Source: Eledone cirrhosa (taxonomy: Eukaryota). From it: 64,000 nt of DNA. Location of the stretch: positions 248,868,001-248,932,000 of the forward strand of contig OZ024740.1 of assembly GCA_964016885.1 (NCBI GenBank), in the 5' to 3' direction. Below are positions 26,724 to 40,378 of this stretch, piece by piece. A program made the position numbers and the translations under genes. Position 1 is the first letter of the stretch. Each line of letters begins with the position of its first letter. The notes beneath the pieces are model-generated. The model made no database searches and was not told the DNA's origin. It was given only the letters and a program-made list of their open reading frames with translations.

Positions 26724-28576
26724 ATCATCATCATTACCGTTTTTCGTCCATTTTTCCACGCTGCCATGTGTTAGACGAGTTGTCCTGCTGAAGGCAAGTT
26801 AGGTCAGGTGACCATGTTTTGCTCATACAGAACTAATTTTGGCTTGATTTCTACAGCTGGATACCCTTCCTAACACCAATCTCATTTACAGTGAGTACTG
26901 GGTGCTTTTTGTCGTGATACCTACACGACCACTTTACAGTGTGGACTGGGTGATTTTTGACATGAGACCTACACAACCATTTTGTGTTGTGGGCTGGGTG
27001 CTTTTTACTATGTCACCATCACTTTACAGTGTTTCGGCCTGTCCTCATGGGAGATGTATGGGAGGGTGGGGTGGTTTATATTTTATATATGTTTCACTTT
27101 GGCCTGTATTGGTCTTCCTTGACCTGTATTGGCAATACAGGTCTTCTGTATTGCCATACAATGCCAGAGATCTCGGTCCTGTGTCATCGCCTTTGAGAGG
27201 ATCAATTGGATAAGGTTGGCTTTTATCATTTCATCCCAAGTCTTCCTGGGTCTCCCCACTCCAAGGCTTCCATCGACTTTGAGCGCTCTGCACCTTTTTA
27301 TGTAGCTGTCATCCTTCATACGCATCACATGTCCATACCAACGTAATCTCCTCTCTTGCACACACTTGATTCCTCTTATGCCTAGTTTCTCTTTCAGTTC
27401 GTTTATGCTTTGCCATTCATGTATCTTACTATTACACATCCAGCAGAGCACGCAAGCTTCATTTCTTTCCCACAGTGCCCAAGTCACACTACCATGCAAC
27501 ATTGTTGTTCATATGCACGCATCATAGAGTCTACCTTTCGTTCTGAGGGAAAAGCCTTTTGTAGCTAGCAGTGGTAGTAGCTCCCTGAACTTCTTCCATC
27601 CCGTTCTTACTCTGCCTACTGTACTTTCAGAACACCCACCTCCGCTGCTAATTCGGTCACCTAAGTAGTAGAAGCTGTCTACTGTTTCTATCAAACCTTC
27701 CCAGAATTTGATGGCGCTTGTTTCTGCGTACAGGAGTTCCCATGGTCAGCGGGACTTAAACTCCTCTGTTATAATCTGCAGCACGATAATAAACAGGAGA
27801 GGGCTAAGAATAGTGCCCTGGTGGACGCCTACCTGTATGCTAAATCCCTTGCTATAGTCATTGTTAATCCTAACTTTGCTGACTGCTCCACTATATATTG
27901 CTTGTACAGCCTTCTCAAGCCACTGATCTACTCCTAGTTTTCTAAGAGCCCACTAGATTATGGCATGGGGCACTCTGTCGAAAGCTTTCTTCAGATCAAC
28001 AAATGCCAGGTAGAGCAGCTTACTTTTAGCTAGGTATTTTTCCTGTAGCAGACTAGAATGATGCTCAGATCTATAGCTGATCAGGTGGTTGTCGGGTTGT
28101 ATAAAGTTAGTGTTACATAACGACATATTGTTGGCGTCGCAGAATTCTAGAAGGCTGTAACCATCTTGATTTCTTGCGCTAAACCTGTAGCCACCATCGA
28201 CTCTGTAGAGGCCATCACTGTGTTTCCCAACGTGTCCGATAAAGTCTCCTGCAATGAGTAGTAAGCCATTGCTCTTCGTTAGAGTGGTAGTGTGCATTAG
28301 GAACTCATAAAACCTAGCCTTGACTTCGTCTGACAACCCAGATTGGGGTGTGTATGCAGATATGATTATAGTTATTGTATTATTTAGGACTAGTCTGAGT
28401 TTAATGATTCTCGCATTTACTCTGTTCACAGAGATTACCTTATCTACCCATTTGACAGCTAATAGAATACCTACTCCACCAAGATCATTGTTATTTCCCA
28501 CCCAGAAAAATTTGTAGCCTTGTTTTTTGCTTGTTAGGAGCCTAGCTGATTCTCCTCTCCATCTAGTAGCTTGCAC
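26724..28576 (-). mobile_element. Degenerate RTE LINE with internal deletions
   Basis: (cat)n tail at ~26725; C-terminal ORFs 27083-27694; AP endonuclease (QATRWRG, IISAYTPQ, AGDFIGHVG) fused directly to LQEKYL...FVDLKKAFDRVP near 28050; PHD region deleted near 27725. Confidence 0.9.
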
Positions 28577-28589
28577 ATATATATATATA

Positions 28590-28880
28590 CTAGAAGAAAC
28601 ACCCAGCATTGCCTGGGTTAAATAAAATAATGAAATTTTATTTAAAACTTGGTATATTTTCTTACTACTTATTGTGATTAGTGATTCTAATATTATTGGC
28701 ATAACAAATTCTGAGAGATCAACAACAATAATAAATTTGAAATAGAAAACCCATAAAAGTAAATTATGATTAAAATTTGGTAAATCATTAGAACACCCCT
28801 TCGATGTTTCTTGGAAATAATTATTTTTCGTCGGTTTGTTCATGAGCTATCAATTAATCTCATCTCTGACTATGCTGCAA
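28590..28880 (-). mobile_element. Helitron 3' end fragment
   Basis: CTAG at 28590-28593 and hairpin ACCCAGCATTGCCTGGGT (28601-28618), arranged like 2097-2124. The right boundary is uncertain. Confidence 0.55.
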
Positions 28881-28899
28881 AATGTTAAAAGACCAAAGT

Positions 28900-31740
28900 G
28901 ATAGACTGACTGAGTTTAAGGATGAGCAGAAAACACAGCACACACTTCTTCGGGGACAGCTGGGCAACGAGGGATCAACAGCAGTTGCAAGAGGAACAAC
29001 AACAGTTCAAGGAGAAGATATATGAAAATTTACAGCAGTACAGACTTGAAGTGAGTGATGTGACATGGTGCAAGCAACATGTTGACCAACAGTTGAAAAA
29101 GTTTAACAGCTTTGTGCTGCTGAGCCTCAGGCTGATGTACAGGGTATGTATGGAAATGATGGACAATATGTGCTGATTTTGAGGATGGCCAAACCTTCAG
29201 ATGTGCTCTTTCAGAAGCAGGTGTGACTGCTGGTGGTCAGGAGGTAGTTTTGGATACTCGACTGAATCATGAGGCTCAAGTAGGCCCCAATCCAACGAAG
29301 TGCAAGGCTGCTGTGGAATTTCCATTAAGAAGCCACAGGAATTTAAGAGCAAAGTGTCATGGGAAGCCTACTCTGTCCAGTTTGAGATGAATCGGTGGGA
29401 TGATAGGCAAAGAGCTGTTCAGCTTGCCAATAGTTTAAAGGCTGCAACACTAGAAGTGCTGAGCCAGTTGTCAAACCTGGGACATGTTGTGGGCGAAGAC
29501 GGTATCTGTACTGATCCAGAGAAGGTGGTAGCTGTGAAGGATTGACCGGTTCTTACCTGTGTGATGGAGTTGAGGAGTTTCTTAGGACTGTGTACCTACT
29601 ACAGGTGCTTTGTAAAGGACTTTTCAACAGTGACTGCATCTTTGCACAAGCTGTTGGGAAAGATCCAGAAGTTTTCATGGACTGCAGTGACCCAGAGGGC
29701 TTTTAACGAACTCAAACATGTGCTAGTGAGTTCCTTTGTGTTGCCATACCCGGACCAGAGTCAACCATTCATCCTGGACTGTGATGCCAGTGACCACGGT
29801 ATTAGTAGAGTACTGTTTCAGAAGAAGGGTGACATGGAATATGTGGTGACATGCTACAGTAAGAAGCTCAGTCCACTGGAGCAGAACTACTGTGTGACTC
29901 AGTAATGAAGAACATTGACGTTTTCCATCCGTACCTGTATGGGTCCAACTTTACTATCAGAACAGACCATGCAGCAGTCAAGTGGCTGAAGACACTGAAG
30001 AATCCGGAGAGGGTCAATTGGCATGCTGGCTAGGGAAGCTGGACCAGCACAACTATGAGGTACAGCACCGTCCAGGGAAGGTACATGGCAATGCTGACAG
30101 TTTGAGTCATCAGTCTTGTGACAGGATTGCAAGCATTATGGTGGAAGGGAAGATCATAGCAAGAAGTGCAAGCGTACTGCAGTGATTGGGCATGTGTCAA
30201 CTGAAGAAGAACTAAAGAAGAGACAGATGGAGGATGCAGACTCAAGACCAGTTATATCATGGCTGCAGCAGAGTGCAGTGAGACCATTTTGGGAAGAAGT
30301 GTGCAAGTCCAGCCCTCTGACTAAGAGCTACTGGTGTCAGTGGGACCTTCTTCATCTGAACAACTGACTGCTTGAGAGGCAAAAGAAGATGAGACCTGAG
30401 CTGTTAGAAGAAACTCATGATCTGCTTACGAGTGGACATTTGGGGGTAAAGAAAACTTTCAATTAGCTGCGGCAGAAGTTCTACTGGACAGGAATGCATC
30501 AAGATGTTGAAGAATGGTGGCAGTCCTATGATGTATGCTGTGCCAAGAAGGGACCCAAGAAGTAGAGGTGTGCCCCTCATCAGCTGTACCAAGTGGTGCC
30601 CCTCATCAGCTGTACCTATAGAAAGAGTAGCTGTGGATATTGCTGAACCTTTGCCACTCACTAAAAGAGGAAGTCGGTACATGTGTGTGGCCATGGACTA
30701 CTTCACAAAGTGACCAGAAGCCTATACCATCCCTGATCAAGAAGCCACGACTGTTGCACAAGTGTTGGTGGACCAGTTCTTCTGCCAGTTTAGGATTCCT
30801 CAGGAGCTACATTCCGACTAGCATAGGAACTGTGAATCAACTGTTTTCAGATGTTGTAAGTTGTTGAGGATTAAGAAGACTAGGACAACTCCATTGAGAC
30901 CACAGTTGGATGGGATGGTGAAGTTTAATTGGACACTAGGACAAGAACTAGCCAAGTATTATGTAGGACAGATGGAATGGAATTTGAAGTTACCTGCTTT
31001 GTTGATGGCATATCGTTTGTCAACGCATGACACTACTGGCTATACACCTGCAAAGCTGATGCTGGGCCATGAGGTGAGACTCCCGGTTGGTCTGTTGATG
31101 GGAAGACCATCAGTTGAAGAACTGCCTAATGAAATCTCCAGCAATGAGAGACTGACTGAGTGTATCTCAGTCAGTCTCTGCAAGAGAGACTGACTGAGAT
31201 ACACCAGCAAGTTAGGGAAGCTCTGAAGTTTTCAGGTGGAGTAATGAAACGTTGGCATGATGCCAGGGCTAGTGAGATCAACTTTAAGAAGGGTGATAAA
31301 GTGTGGTTTTATAATCCCCAGCGGAAGCTGCAGAGTTCATGGGAACGACCCTATACTGTGATGTGATGTGATGAACTGGATTCGAGGAGGCAAGAGGTCT
31401 CATCCTAAATTTGAAGCATGATGCATGGATTTTTTTAGCGTTTTATTGGCGGGAGACTATTTAAACCAGTGGAGTTTCCAATGCAGGGAGTTGGTGAGAG
31501 GTTGGCAGCGAGAGCAGTCACTGAGGTCGGTGACGTGGTAAAGACAGTCAGTGTAAAGTTGATGATATAAATAGTCAGCGTGAACCCGGGAGGCAAGGAA
31601 CAACGTGACACAAGACATCCAGCCTTGTGTGTCTATTTCTTCTGTTCTAAGTAAGTTGGTTAGCTGGGCAGGTTTTTTTTCCAGCTGCTGACTTTGGGCT
31701 GTTGGAGCCATGGTGTAGTTGGAGACCGCATTTTGCAACA
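28900..31740 (+). mobile_element. Degenerate Gypsy/Ty3 LTR retrotransposon (gag, RT 3' end, RNase H, integrase, probable 3' LTR remnant)
   Basis: KPQEF...WEAY..QFE (gag); LGHVV..DGI.TDPEKV; ELRSFLGLCTYYR; FILDCDASDHG; VQHRPGKVHGNADSLS; ERVAVDI; KKTRTTPLRPQLDG; FKKGDKVWFYNP; ends ...TGCAACA at 31740. Confidence 0.88.
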
Positions 31741-31772
31741 ATATGTATATACCCCCCACCCATATATATATA

Positions 31773-32114
31773 CAGTTGTCCCCTGGTATTCGCGGGAGTT
31801 ACGTTCCTAGAGCACCTGCAAAGAGTAAAAGCTGCGAATATTGGTTGTGTTCCATAAAAATGCCTATAAGCATCAAAATATAATGAAAATATAATAAAAA
31901 AAGGGGGAGTATCTTATAGGCCAGCAAATCCGGTATATTGTTGTTAATAATTTAGTGTTAAAAAAATATATACTGCCACGAAAAAATCCATAAAAAAATC
32001 ATGGAAGATATTTACGATTCTGCAAATATGCAGTGGTTTCCCCCAATAATTATTAGTTAGGTTCTAAGGAAAATTCCGTGCATAACTGGGACCGCGAAAG
32101 TTGGGGATGCACTG
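31773..32114. mobile_element. Tc1/mariner (pogo/Tigger-like) MITE
   Basis: TA|CAGTTGTCCCCTGGTATTCGCGG ... CCGCGAAAGTTGGGGATGCACTG|TA. Confidence 0.75.
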
Positions 32115-32117
32115 TAT

Positions 32118-35100
32118 ATCATCATCATCATTTTACGTCTGCTTTTCCCTGCTTGCAAGGGTGGGACGGGTCCTATTCAGCACAGCATCTCTCCACTTGT
32201 CACGATCCTTCGTCATCTCCTCCATGAGTTTCAGCGATCTGAGGTCTGCTCTCACCTCCTCCGCCCATGTTTTTCGTGGTCTACCTCTACTGCGTCTTCC
32301 TTCTACTGGGATTTCTTGGCACTGCTTTACCCAGCGGTCATCCTCCATGCGCATCATATGTCCATACCATTACAGTCTTCTCTTCCACACACCACAACTT
32401 ATCTCTCTTATACACAGTTTCTCAACTCATCTATGCTTGGTCATTCATGCACATTGACATTGCACATCCAATGGATCATGCTTGGTTCATTTCTCTCCAG
32501 CTGTCACATATCTTCCGCAGTTGCTGCCCATGTCTCACTACCATGCAGCATCGCGCATCTCACACAGGCATCATATAACTAGCCTTTCGTTCACAGGGAG
32601 AAACCCTTCTTTGTCAACAGAGGAAGCAGATCCCTAAACTTCTTCCAACCCATCCTTATTCTAGATACTATGGCCTTGGAGCACCCTGCACCCGTGCTAA
32701 TCTGATCACCTAGGTACCGGAAGCTATCAACCACTTCTATAGATCCTACCTGCATTTAAAAAATGTGTCTATCACTGCGACTTCTACAGTCAAATTTTCC
32801 TGAACATCTATTGCATATGTAGTTTTCCCTACCTGTTAGTTTGCCTGCTATCCCACTACATCTTGTGCACCTAAGATTTGCATTGTGTACATTTTATAGA
32901 ATTTATGCCAGCTCCTTTTCTGCATATCGAACATGGCCATTTCCCTGATGGAATCAGAGTTTTGTCCTCTTTTCTACTTATCAATATTTTTGTCTTAGCT
33001 AGGTTCACTCTCAGTCCTCTTGATTCCAACTGCTGTTTCCATAGCCAAAATTTATTCTCTAGCTCCTCTACTGATTCTGCTATAAGTACCAGATTGTCAG
33101 CATAGAGAAGTTCCTATGGGCAGCCATTCTTAAACTCCTCTGTTATGGCTTGGAGGACTATAATGAACAAGAGCAGACTGAGGAACAAACCCTGATGTAC
33201 TCCTACTTGTATCTGGAATTCCTCACTAAACTCCATTCCTACTCCTCTGTACATAGCTTGCACTGTCCGCACAAGCCATTCCTCTACACCTAGTTTCCTT
33301 AGGGACCACCAGATGACAGATTGGGGTACTCTATCAAAGGCCTTCTCTAGGTCAACAAAAGCTAAGTATAGTGGCTTATTTTTCTCTAAGAACCTCTCTT
33401 GTAATTGTCTCACTAAGAAGAGGGCATCTATTGTACTTTTCCGAGGCACAAAACCAAACTGCATCTCATCTAATTTGACCCTTTCTCTAATTAGTTGCAC
33501 TAATATTCTTTCTGCAACTTTCATAACCTGATCCATCAGTTTTATGCCCCTATAATTGCTCCTATTCAGAGCATCCCCTTTACCTTTGTAGCAATTTATA
33601 AGAATACTGCTGCACCAGTCTTTGGGTATGACTCCGCCATATATAGCTTGATTGACGATGCGTGCAACCAGTTTAGTTCCTACTTCTCTTGATGCCTTCA
33701 GCATCTCAGCAACTATACCTGACGTTCCTGCGGCCTTACCACTTTTCATTTCCTTAATTGCCTCTTGGACCCTATAGTCGTTAATCTCAACAGCTGGTCC
33801 CTCTGTCAGGTCTACTAGGGATAGTTTCTCTCTCTCCCATTCGTTCTCCACATTCATCAGTCTCTCATAATGACATTTCCAGGCCTCCTTTTTCTGATCA
33901 TTAGTGACACTAAGTACACCAGCATAATTTTGGACACACTTATCTCCAACAACATCCTGATTTACACTGACACACTGCCTTGCAATGCGGAACACCGCAC
34001 GTCTCTGATCCTCCCATCGCAGAACATTGGCAAACCTCCCTGCGTGCTAAGTACACCTGACGTCTAGCTTCTCTTTTAGTGGCTGTGTATCGGTCTCTAC
34101 TCCTACTAATTTCCCAAGCCTTCCATACTAGTTTTTTATCTTTAATGGCTCTATCTACTGTGCTGTTCCACCACCAGGTCACCCTCTGTCTGGTCGGAGC
34201 TCTGCTCCAGCCACAAGTTTCTTCAGTAGCCTGCAGTAATTTGTCATGTAAGAAATTCCAGTTATCATCTATATCATACAATTCTAACTCGTCTTCTTTT
34301 TCGTCATACACATCTTGAAGGGCTTTCCTAAATTTATATTTTAGTGAAAAGTCCTTTTGCTTCCAGACCTTCCTTTTCCACACCTTCCTGTATGTCTCAT
34401 TTTGTCTCGTGCCTATTGAGATGTCACTAATGACTAACCTATGTTGGGGGGGTACATTCTTCCCTAGGGTATGCCTTAGTATTTGACACCATCTGTCTGT
34501 CTTGTTGCCTAACTCGCAAGAAGTCAATCTGCCTTATGTGCTCGCCTGATTGGTAGGTTATTAGGTGGTTTGTAGGTTTTCACCATGCATCCCATCTATC
34601 TTGGAGCTGTCCAACATGACCATTGAAGTCCCCTGCTAGTATAACGATGTCCATGTCTTCTGCCATTGTGGTTGTTTCTAAAAGTTGCTCATAAAAGCAG
34701 TCCTTCTCTTCTTTACCTAGGCCCGCCTGGGGAGCATAGGTAGAGATGATTGTCAGCAGTCTCTTGCCTACAACTAATCTAATCTTAATTATTCTATTAC
34801 TGACTTTAATTACTTTTATTGTCTTATTGATCCACCTCTCAGCCAGTAATATGCCTACCCCACCTAACCCATTATCATTACCTACCCAGAAAAGCTTATA
34901 ACTAAGATGTTTGCCTCTGATTAGTCTTGCTGAGGCACCTCTCCATCTCACCTCTTGCACGCGGCACACATCCACATGTCTTCTCTTTAGCATCTCCACT
35001 GTTTCACCAGATCTACCTGTCAGGGTGCCAACATTAAGTGTGGCAATCCTGAGATGCGATGTCTTTCATTGAAATTTCTTCCTTTTCTGCAAAGAAAAAT

Positions 35101-35690
35101 TGTTTATAATCATGTTGTGCGATTGCTTGATGACGGTCGGGGGATTCTTGCACATGGCCGCACTAACCACCCCACTGCCGTGCGCAGCCCTAACATGGTT
35201 AGTATTATTGCTGTTAACGCAGTTATTGCTATATAAATTTGTTGTTGTGTTCATAATTGTTTTGGTATTAATACACTGGTTGGATGCCCTTCCTAACACC
35301 AGCACCACTTTACAGCATGGACTGGGTGGTTTTATTCATGCCACCAGCATGAGAGAGGTTGTCTTACTGGACTCAGGGGCCCTCTCTACTCCATAGTTTT
35401 GCATGGTTTTTAATAGCTGAATGCTACTACCATTACCTCTATTTTACAGCATGGACCGGGTACTTTTATTCGAGCCACCAGCACTAGGGAAGTTGTCGTA
35501 CTGGACTTAGGAGCTTCTCTACTCCGCACTAATTTATTCAGAGTGGTATCTTTCCTAGATGGGTTGCCTACTCTACGGCTTATGAAGCCTCCGTCCGCCC
35601 CGTGACTGCTCTGAGCGGAACTTGGTTTAAGGTGCTATATGCATGAGTGGATTAGCATACAACATCAGGCATGTATACTAGAAGGTGGTG
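32118..35690 (-). mobile_element. Near full-length degenerate RTE LINE (family B) with 5' leader
   Basis: (cat)n tail 32119-32131 right after the stop codon; RT ORF 33114-33995; AP endonuclease 34580-35050 (RIATLNVGTL, QEVRWRG, YAPQ, AGDFNGHVG); PHD remnant ~32810-32940; leader motif ggcaacccatctaggaaaga..cactctgaa near 35540-35570. Confidence 0.9.
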
Positions 35691-35841
35691 GAGGTGGGAA
35701 ATGGCAATTTCCTAGCATATATTTTATCATACAGAAATATCGGTATTCTATATGAGATTTTCCATTACATATATATATATACGCACACACACACGTACAC
35801 AACACCCAAATATACAGCTATATAAATATAATCAGAGACAT

Positions 35842-35881
<40 letters not shown>

Positions 35882-35885
35882 ATTA

Positions 35886-36823
35886 TAAATTCCGGCTATG
35901 GAAACAGCAGTTGGAAGCAAGAGGACTGAGAGTAAATCTAGCTAAGACAAAAGTGTTGATGAGTAGAAAAGAGGACAAAACCCTGATTCCGTCAGGGAAA
36001 TGGCCATGTTCGATATGCAGAAAAGGAACTGGCATAAATTCTATAAAATGCACACAATGCAGGTCCTGGGTACACAAGAGATGTAGCGGGATAGCAGGCA
36101 AACTAACAGGTAGGGAGAAATATGTATGCAGTAGATGTACAGGGAAATTAGACAGTAGAAGTCGCACTGATAGACACATTTTTCAAATGCGAGAGGGCGC
36201 TATAGAAGTGGTGGATAGCTTCCGGTACCTGGGAGATCAGATTAGCATGGGAGGAGGGTGTTCCGAGGCCATAGTATCTAGAATAAGGACGGGTTGGAAG
36301 AAGTTTAGGGAGCTGCTTCCTCTGTTGACGAAGAAGGGTTTCTCCCTGCGTACGAAAGGCCGGTTGTATGATGCCTGTGTGAGGAGCGCGATGCATGGTA
36401 GTGAGACATGGGCAGCAACCGCAGAGGATATGCGACGGCTGGAGAGAAATGAGGCAAGCATGCTCCGTTGGATGTGCAGTGTAAATGTGCGTGAACGACC
36501 CAGCATAAATGTGTTGAGAGAGAAACTGTGTCTGAGAGGGATAGAATGTAGTGTACGGGAGAGGAGACTGAGGTGGTATGGACATGTGATGCGCATGGAG
36601 GATGACCGATGGGTGAAGAAGTGCCAGGAAATGCCAGTTGAAGGAAGACGTGGTAGAGGTAGACCACGAAAAACATGGGCGGAGGTGGTGAGAACAGACC
36701 TCAGATCATTGAAGCTCACGGTGGAGATAACGAGGGACCGTGACGAGTGGAGAGATGCTGTGCTGAATAAGACCTGTCCCACCTTGCAAGCAGGGAAAAG
36801 CGGATGTAAAATGATGATGATGA
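35886..36823 (+). mobile_element. 5'-truncated RTE LINE (family B), young
   Basis: Nearly identical to 58575-59523 (3-bp deletion in MLHG); PHD, FRYLG, RRLRWYGH; (gat)n tail; starts in (TA)n. Confidence 0.95.
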
Positions 36824-36906
36824 TATATATGAACATCTAAAGAAATCAGGAAAGTGAAAATTTCGCTTATCTTTCCGCTCTGTCTTCCAATATATATATA
36901 TGTATA

Positions 36907-36966
<60 letters not shown>

Positions 36967-36986
36967 TATATATGTTCTTTCACTGT

Positions 36987-39040
36987 ATCATCATCATCAT
37001 CGTCATCATCACCGTTTTACGTTGATTCTTCCACGCTAGCATGGGTTAGACGGGTTGTCCTGTTGTGAGCAATGTTAAGTCGGCTCATACGGGAACTGAT
37101 TTTGGCTTGATTTCTACAGCTGGATGCCCTTCCTTAACACCAAACTCAATAACAGTGAGTGCTGGGGGCTTTTTTTTCTGTGGTGCCTACACGACCACTT
37201 TACAGTGTGGTCTGGGTGCTTTCTTGTCATGCCACCTTATGACCTCTTTGCAGTGGGAAGGGATGCCTATATGCTTTGGCTTATTCCCGTGGGAAGTCGG
37301 GTCTTCTGTACTACTGCATGACACCAGAGGTCTCGGTCCTGTGTCATTGGCGTTGGGCAAGGTCTACTTTTATCACCTTGTCCCAGGTCTTCTTGGGTCT
37401 CCCCACTCCACGGCTTCCATCAACTTTTAGTACTCTGCACCGTTTTATGCAGCTGCCATCCTTCATACGCACCACATGTCCATACCAACGCATCCTCCTC
37501 TCCTGCACACAGCATTTGATTCCTCTTATGCTCAGTCTCTCTCTCAGTTTGTTTATGCTTTGCTGTTCGCGTATATTACTATTACACATCCATTGGCGCA
37601 TGCAGGCTTCGTTTCTTTCTAATCTACGCATGTCATCTACACACAGCATCCAGGTCTCACTACCATGTAATATTGCTGTTCATATGCATGCATCATACAG
37701 TCTGCTTTTCATTTTGAGGGAAAAGCCTTTTGCAGCTAGCAGTGGCAGTAGCTCCCTGAACTTCTTCCATCCCGTTCTTACCCTGGTTACTGTACTTTCA
37801 GAACACCCACCTATATAGCAGAAACTGTCTACTGTTTCTAGAGAGCCTTCTCAGAGTTTGGTAGTGCTTGTTTTTTGTGGCCGTTTGCTGCTTCCTGTCC
37901 CGGTACAGCTGCTACATGTAAAGCCTACATTCCTAACTAAGCTTCCTGAGATCCCACTACATCTCTTGTGTACCCATAGTTTGCATATGGGGCAGAAAAT
38001 AGAGTTCCTGCCAACACCTTTCCTACATACTGAGCAAGGCCATTTCCTTGACGGGATCTGGGTTCTGTTTTCTCATCTACTGATGAGGACCTTAGTCTTT
38101 GACAGGTTGACTTTGAGACCCCGTCTTTCTAATCCCTGCTTCCATGTTTGGAATTTCTTTAGTTTTGCCATAGATTCAGCTATAATTATAAGATCATCTG
38201 CATACATAAGATCCCATGGGCATCCGGTCTTAAACTCCTCTGTTATAGCCTGCAATACCATAATAAACAGGAGAGGGCTAAGAACAGAGCCCTGGTGGAC
38301 ACCGACCTGTATGCTAAATTCCTCGCTATAGTCATTGTTAACCCTAACTTTGCTGACTGCTCCCCTATACGTGGCTTGTACAGCTTTTACAAGCCATTTA
38401 TCTACTCCTAGTTTTCTAAGAGCCCACCAGATTATAGCACAGGGCACTCTGTCGAAGGCTTTTTCGAGATCGAAAAATGCCAGGTAGAGCGTCTTACATT
38501 TAGCTAGGTACTTTTCCTGTAACTGCCTCACAAGGAAGAGAGTATCAGTGGTGCTTTTTCCTGGCATAAACCCAAACTGCATCTCATCTAGTTTTATCTG
38601 GTTCCTAATCAACTGTGCTATATCTCTTTCCGTTACTTTAATGACCTTGTCCATCAGCTTTATACCTGTATAGTTTCCTCTATCTAGTGTACCTTCTTTA
38701 CCCTTGTAGCAGTTGACAATGATGACACCCTCTTGTATTACCTGGTTAATAATACGTGTGGTTATGGTGTGACCTACCGACCCAGATGCTTTCAGCATCT
38801 CGGCAGCTATACCCAATGGACCGGTTGCCTTCCCAGTCTTCATATCTTTAATTGCCTTACTTACTACACTGCTGCTGACTTGTATTACTGGTCCTTCCAT
38901 AGGGTCCACTTGGGGTAGAGTCTCTTTCTCCCATGCATTCTCCTCATTTAGTAATCTTTCATAATGGCTCTTCCACGCAGCTCTTTTCGGCACTGGTGAG
39001 GGCAAGCTCACCTTTATCATTCCGGACACACTTCTCTCCA
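36987..39040 (-). mobile_element. 5'-truncated RTE LINE (family A-like)
   Basis: (cat)n tail; ORF 38073-39098 with FDLEKAFDRVP, GVHQGSVLSPLLF, YADD; PHD remnant ~37900-38040. Confidence 0.9.
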
Positions 39041-39076
39041 ATGACACACACACACATATATATATGTATATGTATA

Positions 39077-40320
39077 CTAGTCCCTCTAACAGAGGCACCC
39101 GACATTGCCTGTGAATGAAAGTGTTCCTTATATATTAGAAGAAGAAAGCAAAATATGTATAGAAATTTGTTATTCTAAATTCTATTTATTCTTCAATTGA
39201 GGTACATGATGAAATCAATTCTGAATTTATAATAGAAAAAGGCCTTTTGTCTGCCTCAATGACTACCTAGTACTCAATGCATATTTGAAACTTCTGATGT
39301 AGCTATTGTTTGCATTCAACATACCTTGCAGATCAAAGATTAACTCTGCTTTAAAATTTGGAAAGTCCAATGACCGTTGCAAAGCCTGCTCCTTGTTATT
39401 TGCCACAAAATATAACTGCAAAAATTGAGGATTTTTGCCTTCAGTTGGCAACAAAGATAAAATACAATGGTGTACTTGACCTTGAATCTTAAAGGTTGGC
39501 TTGAAGTTCCTTTCTATTATGATATTGCTACTAAAGGAGGTCATTTGGAAAGCAGAATTGTAACATCTAATGTTTTTAAAGAAGTACATGCTCTTTGATG
39601 TTTTTTCCAAAAGCAACACTTTCAAAGTATCTGGGGGTGTACCAAACGTCGGTAGAACAACTGTTCCTCCACCACAACACATAGTGTGGGCTTCTCTTTC
39701 CCATTTCTTTCCTTTACAAAAACTGCACTCTTTTTAACATTGCTCCAATATCAATCAATTTCTCTGTAGTATAATCATATTTTGGATCATAGTTGAAAGC
39801 TGATCTTTTCCAAGTCCCCTTGAAAGGTGCTACTCTTTTGTCTTAGGTCCCTCCTCTGAGGATTGGCGAAGTCCTGCAGCAATGTTTACTCCTGGATTTT
39901 TCTTTGTTTAACCTTTCTCACTGACCTATTGTCTCATTGGTAACTCTGGCAGCTTGTCTTTGTCTTGCATCCTTTAAACGTTTTTCTATTTCCTTTTTTG
40001 ACTCTTGGCTCCAGCTGGTTGCATTTTGTTGACATAATTGTTAACCATTTTTTCCTTGCCTCTTGAAACTCATTGGCCCTGCATGCAGCAGCCCTCCTCC
40101 GGTCGTTTTCATGTCTGTTGTTGTGCAGGGGACTCTAGTGTTCTGGCTACCTGTACATGCCTTTGTCCCCACCTCTCTTCTTGCCTTGTTAGCAACGTCT
40201 GAAGAACTTGTGGAGAGTGAGAACATTTTTTTCCTTGGCATCTTTTTTGAAAATAAAAATTTTGATTAAATGAAACACCAGGAAGATATGAATCAATGGC
40301 GATTGTGGAACGCCAAAGTA
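39077..40320 (-). mobile_element. Helitron fragment (N-terminal Rep region, decayed 3' terminus)
   Basis: ORF 39263-39682: CCGGGTVVLP...FFKNIRCYNSAFQMTSF...FKIQGQVHH...PQFLQLYF; CTAG at 39077-39080 and decayed hairpin cacccgacattgcctgtg. Confidence 0.82.
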
Positions 40321-40340
40321 TCACAGTAACACGCACACAA

Positions 40341-40378
<38 letters not shown>

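Noticed and set aside
27953-28843. 296-aa ORF as a novel membrane-anchored endonuclease
   Set aside because: Chance read-through from AT-rich Helitron sequence across (TA)n into a deleted RTE endonuclease.
35752-36840. 362-aa ORF as an intact gene
   Set aside because: The N-terminus is microsatellite read-through; the rest is a 5'-truncated RTE lacking the YADD motif.
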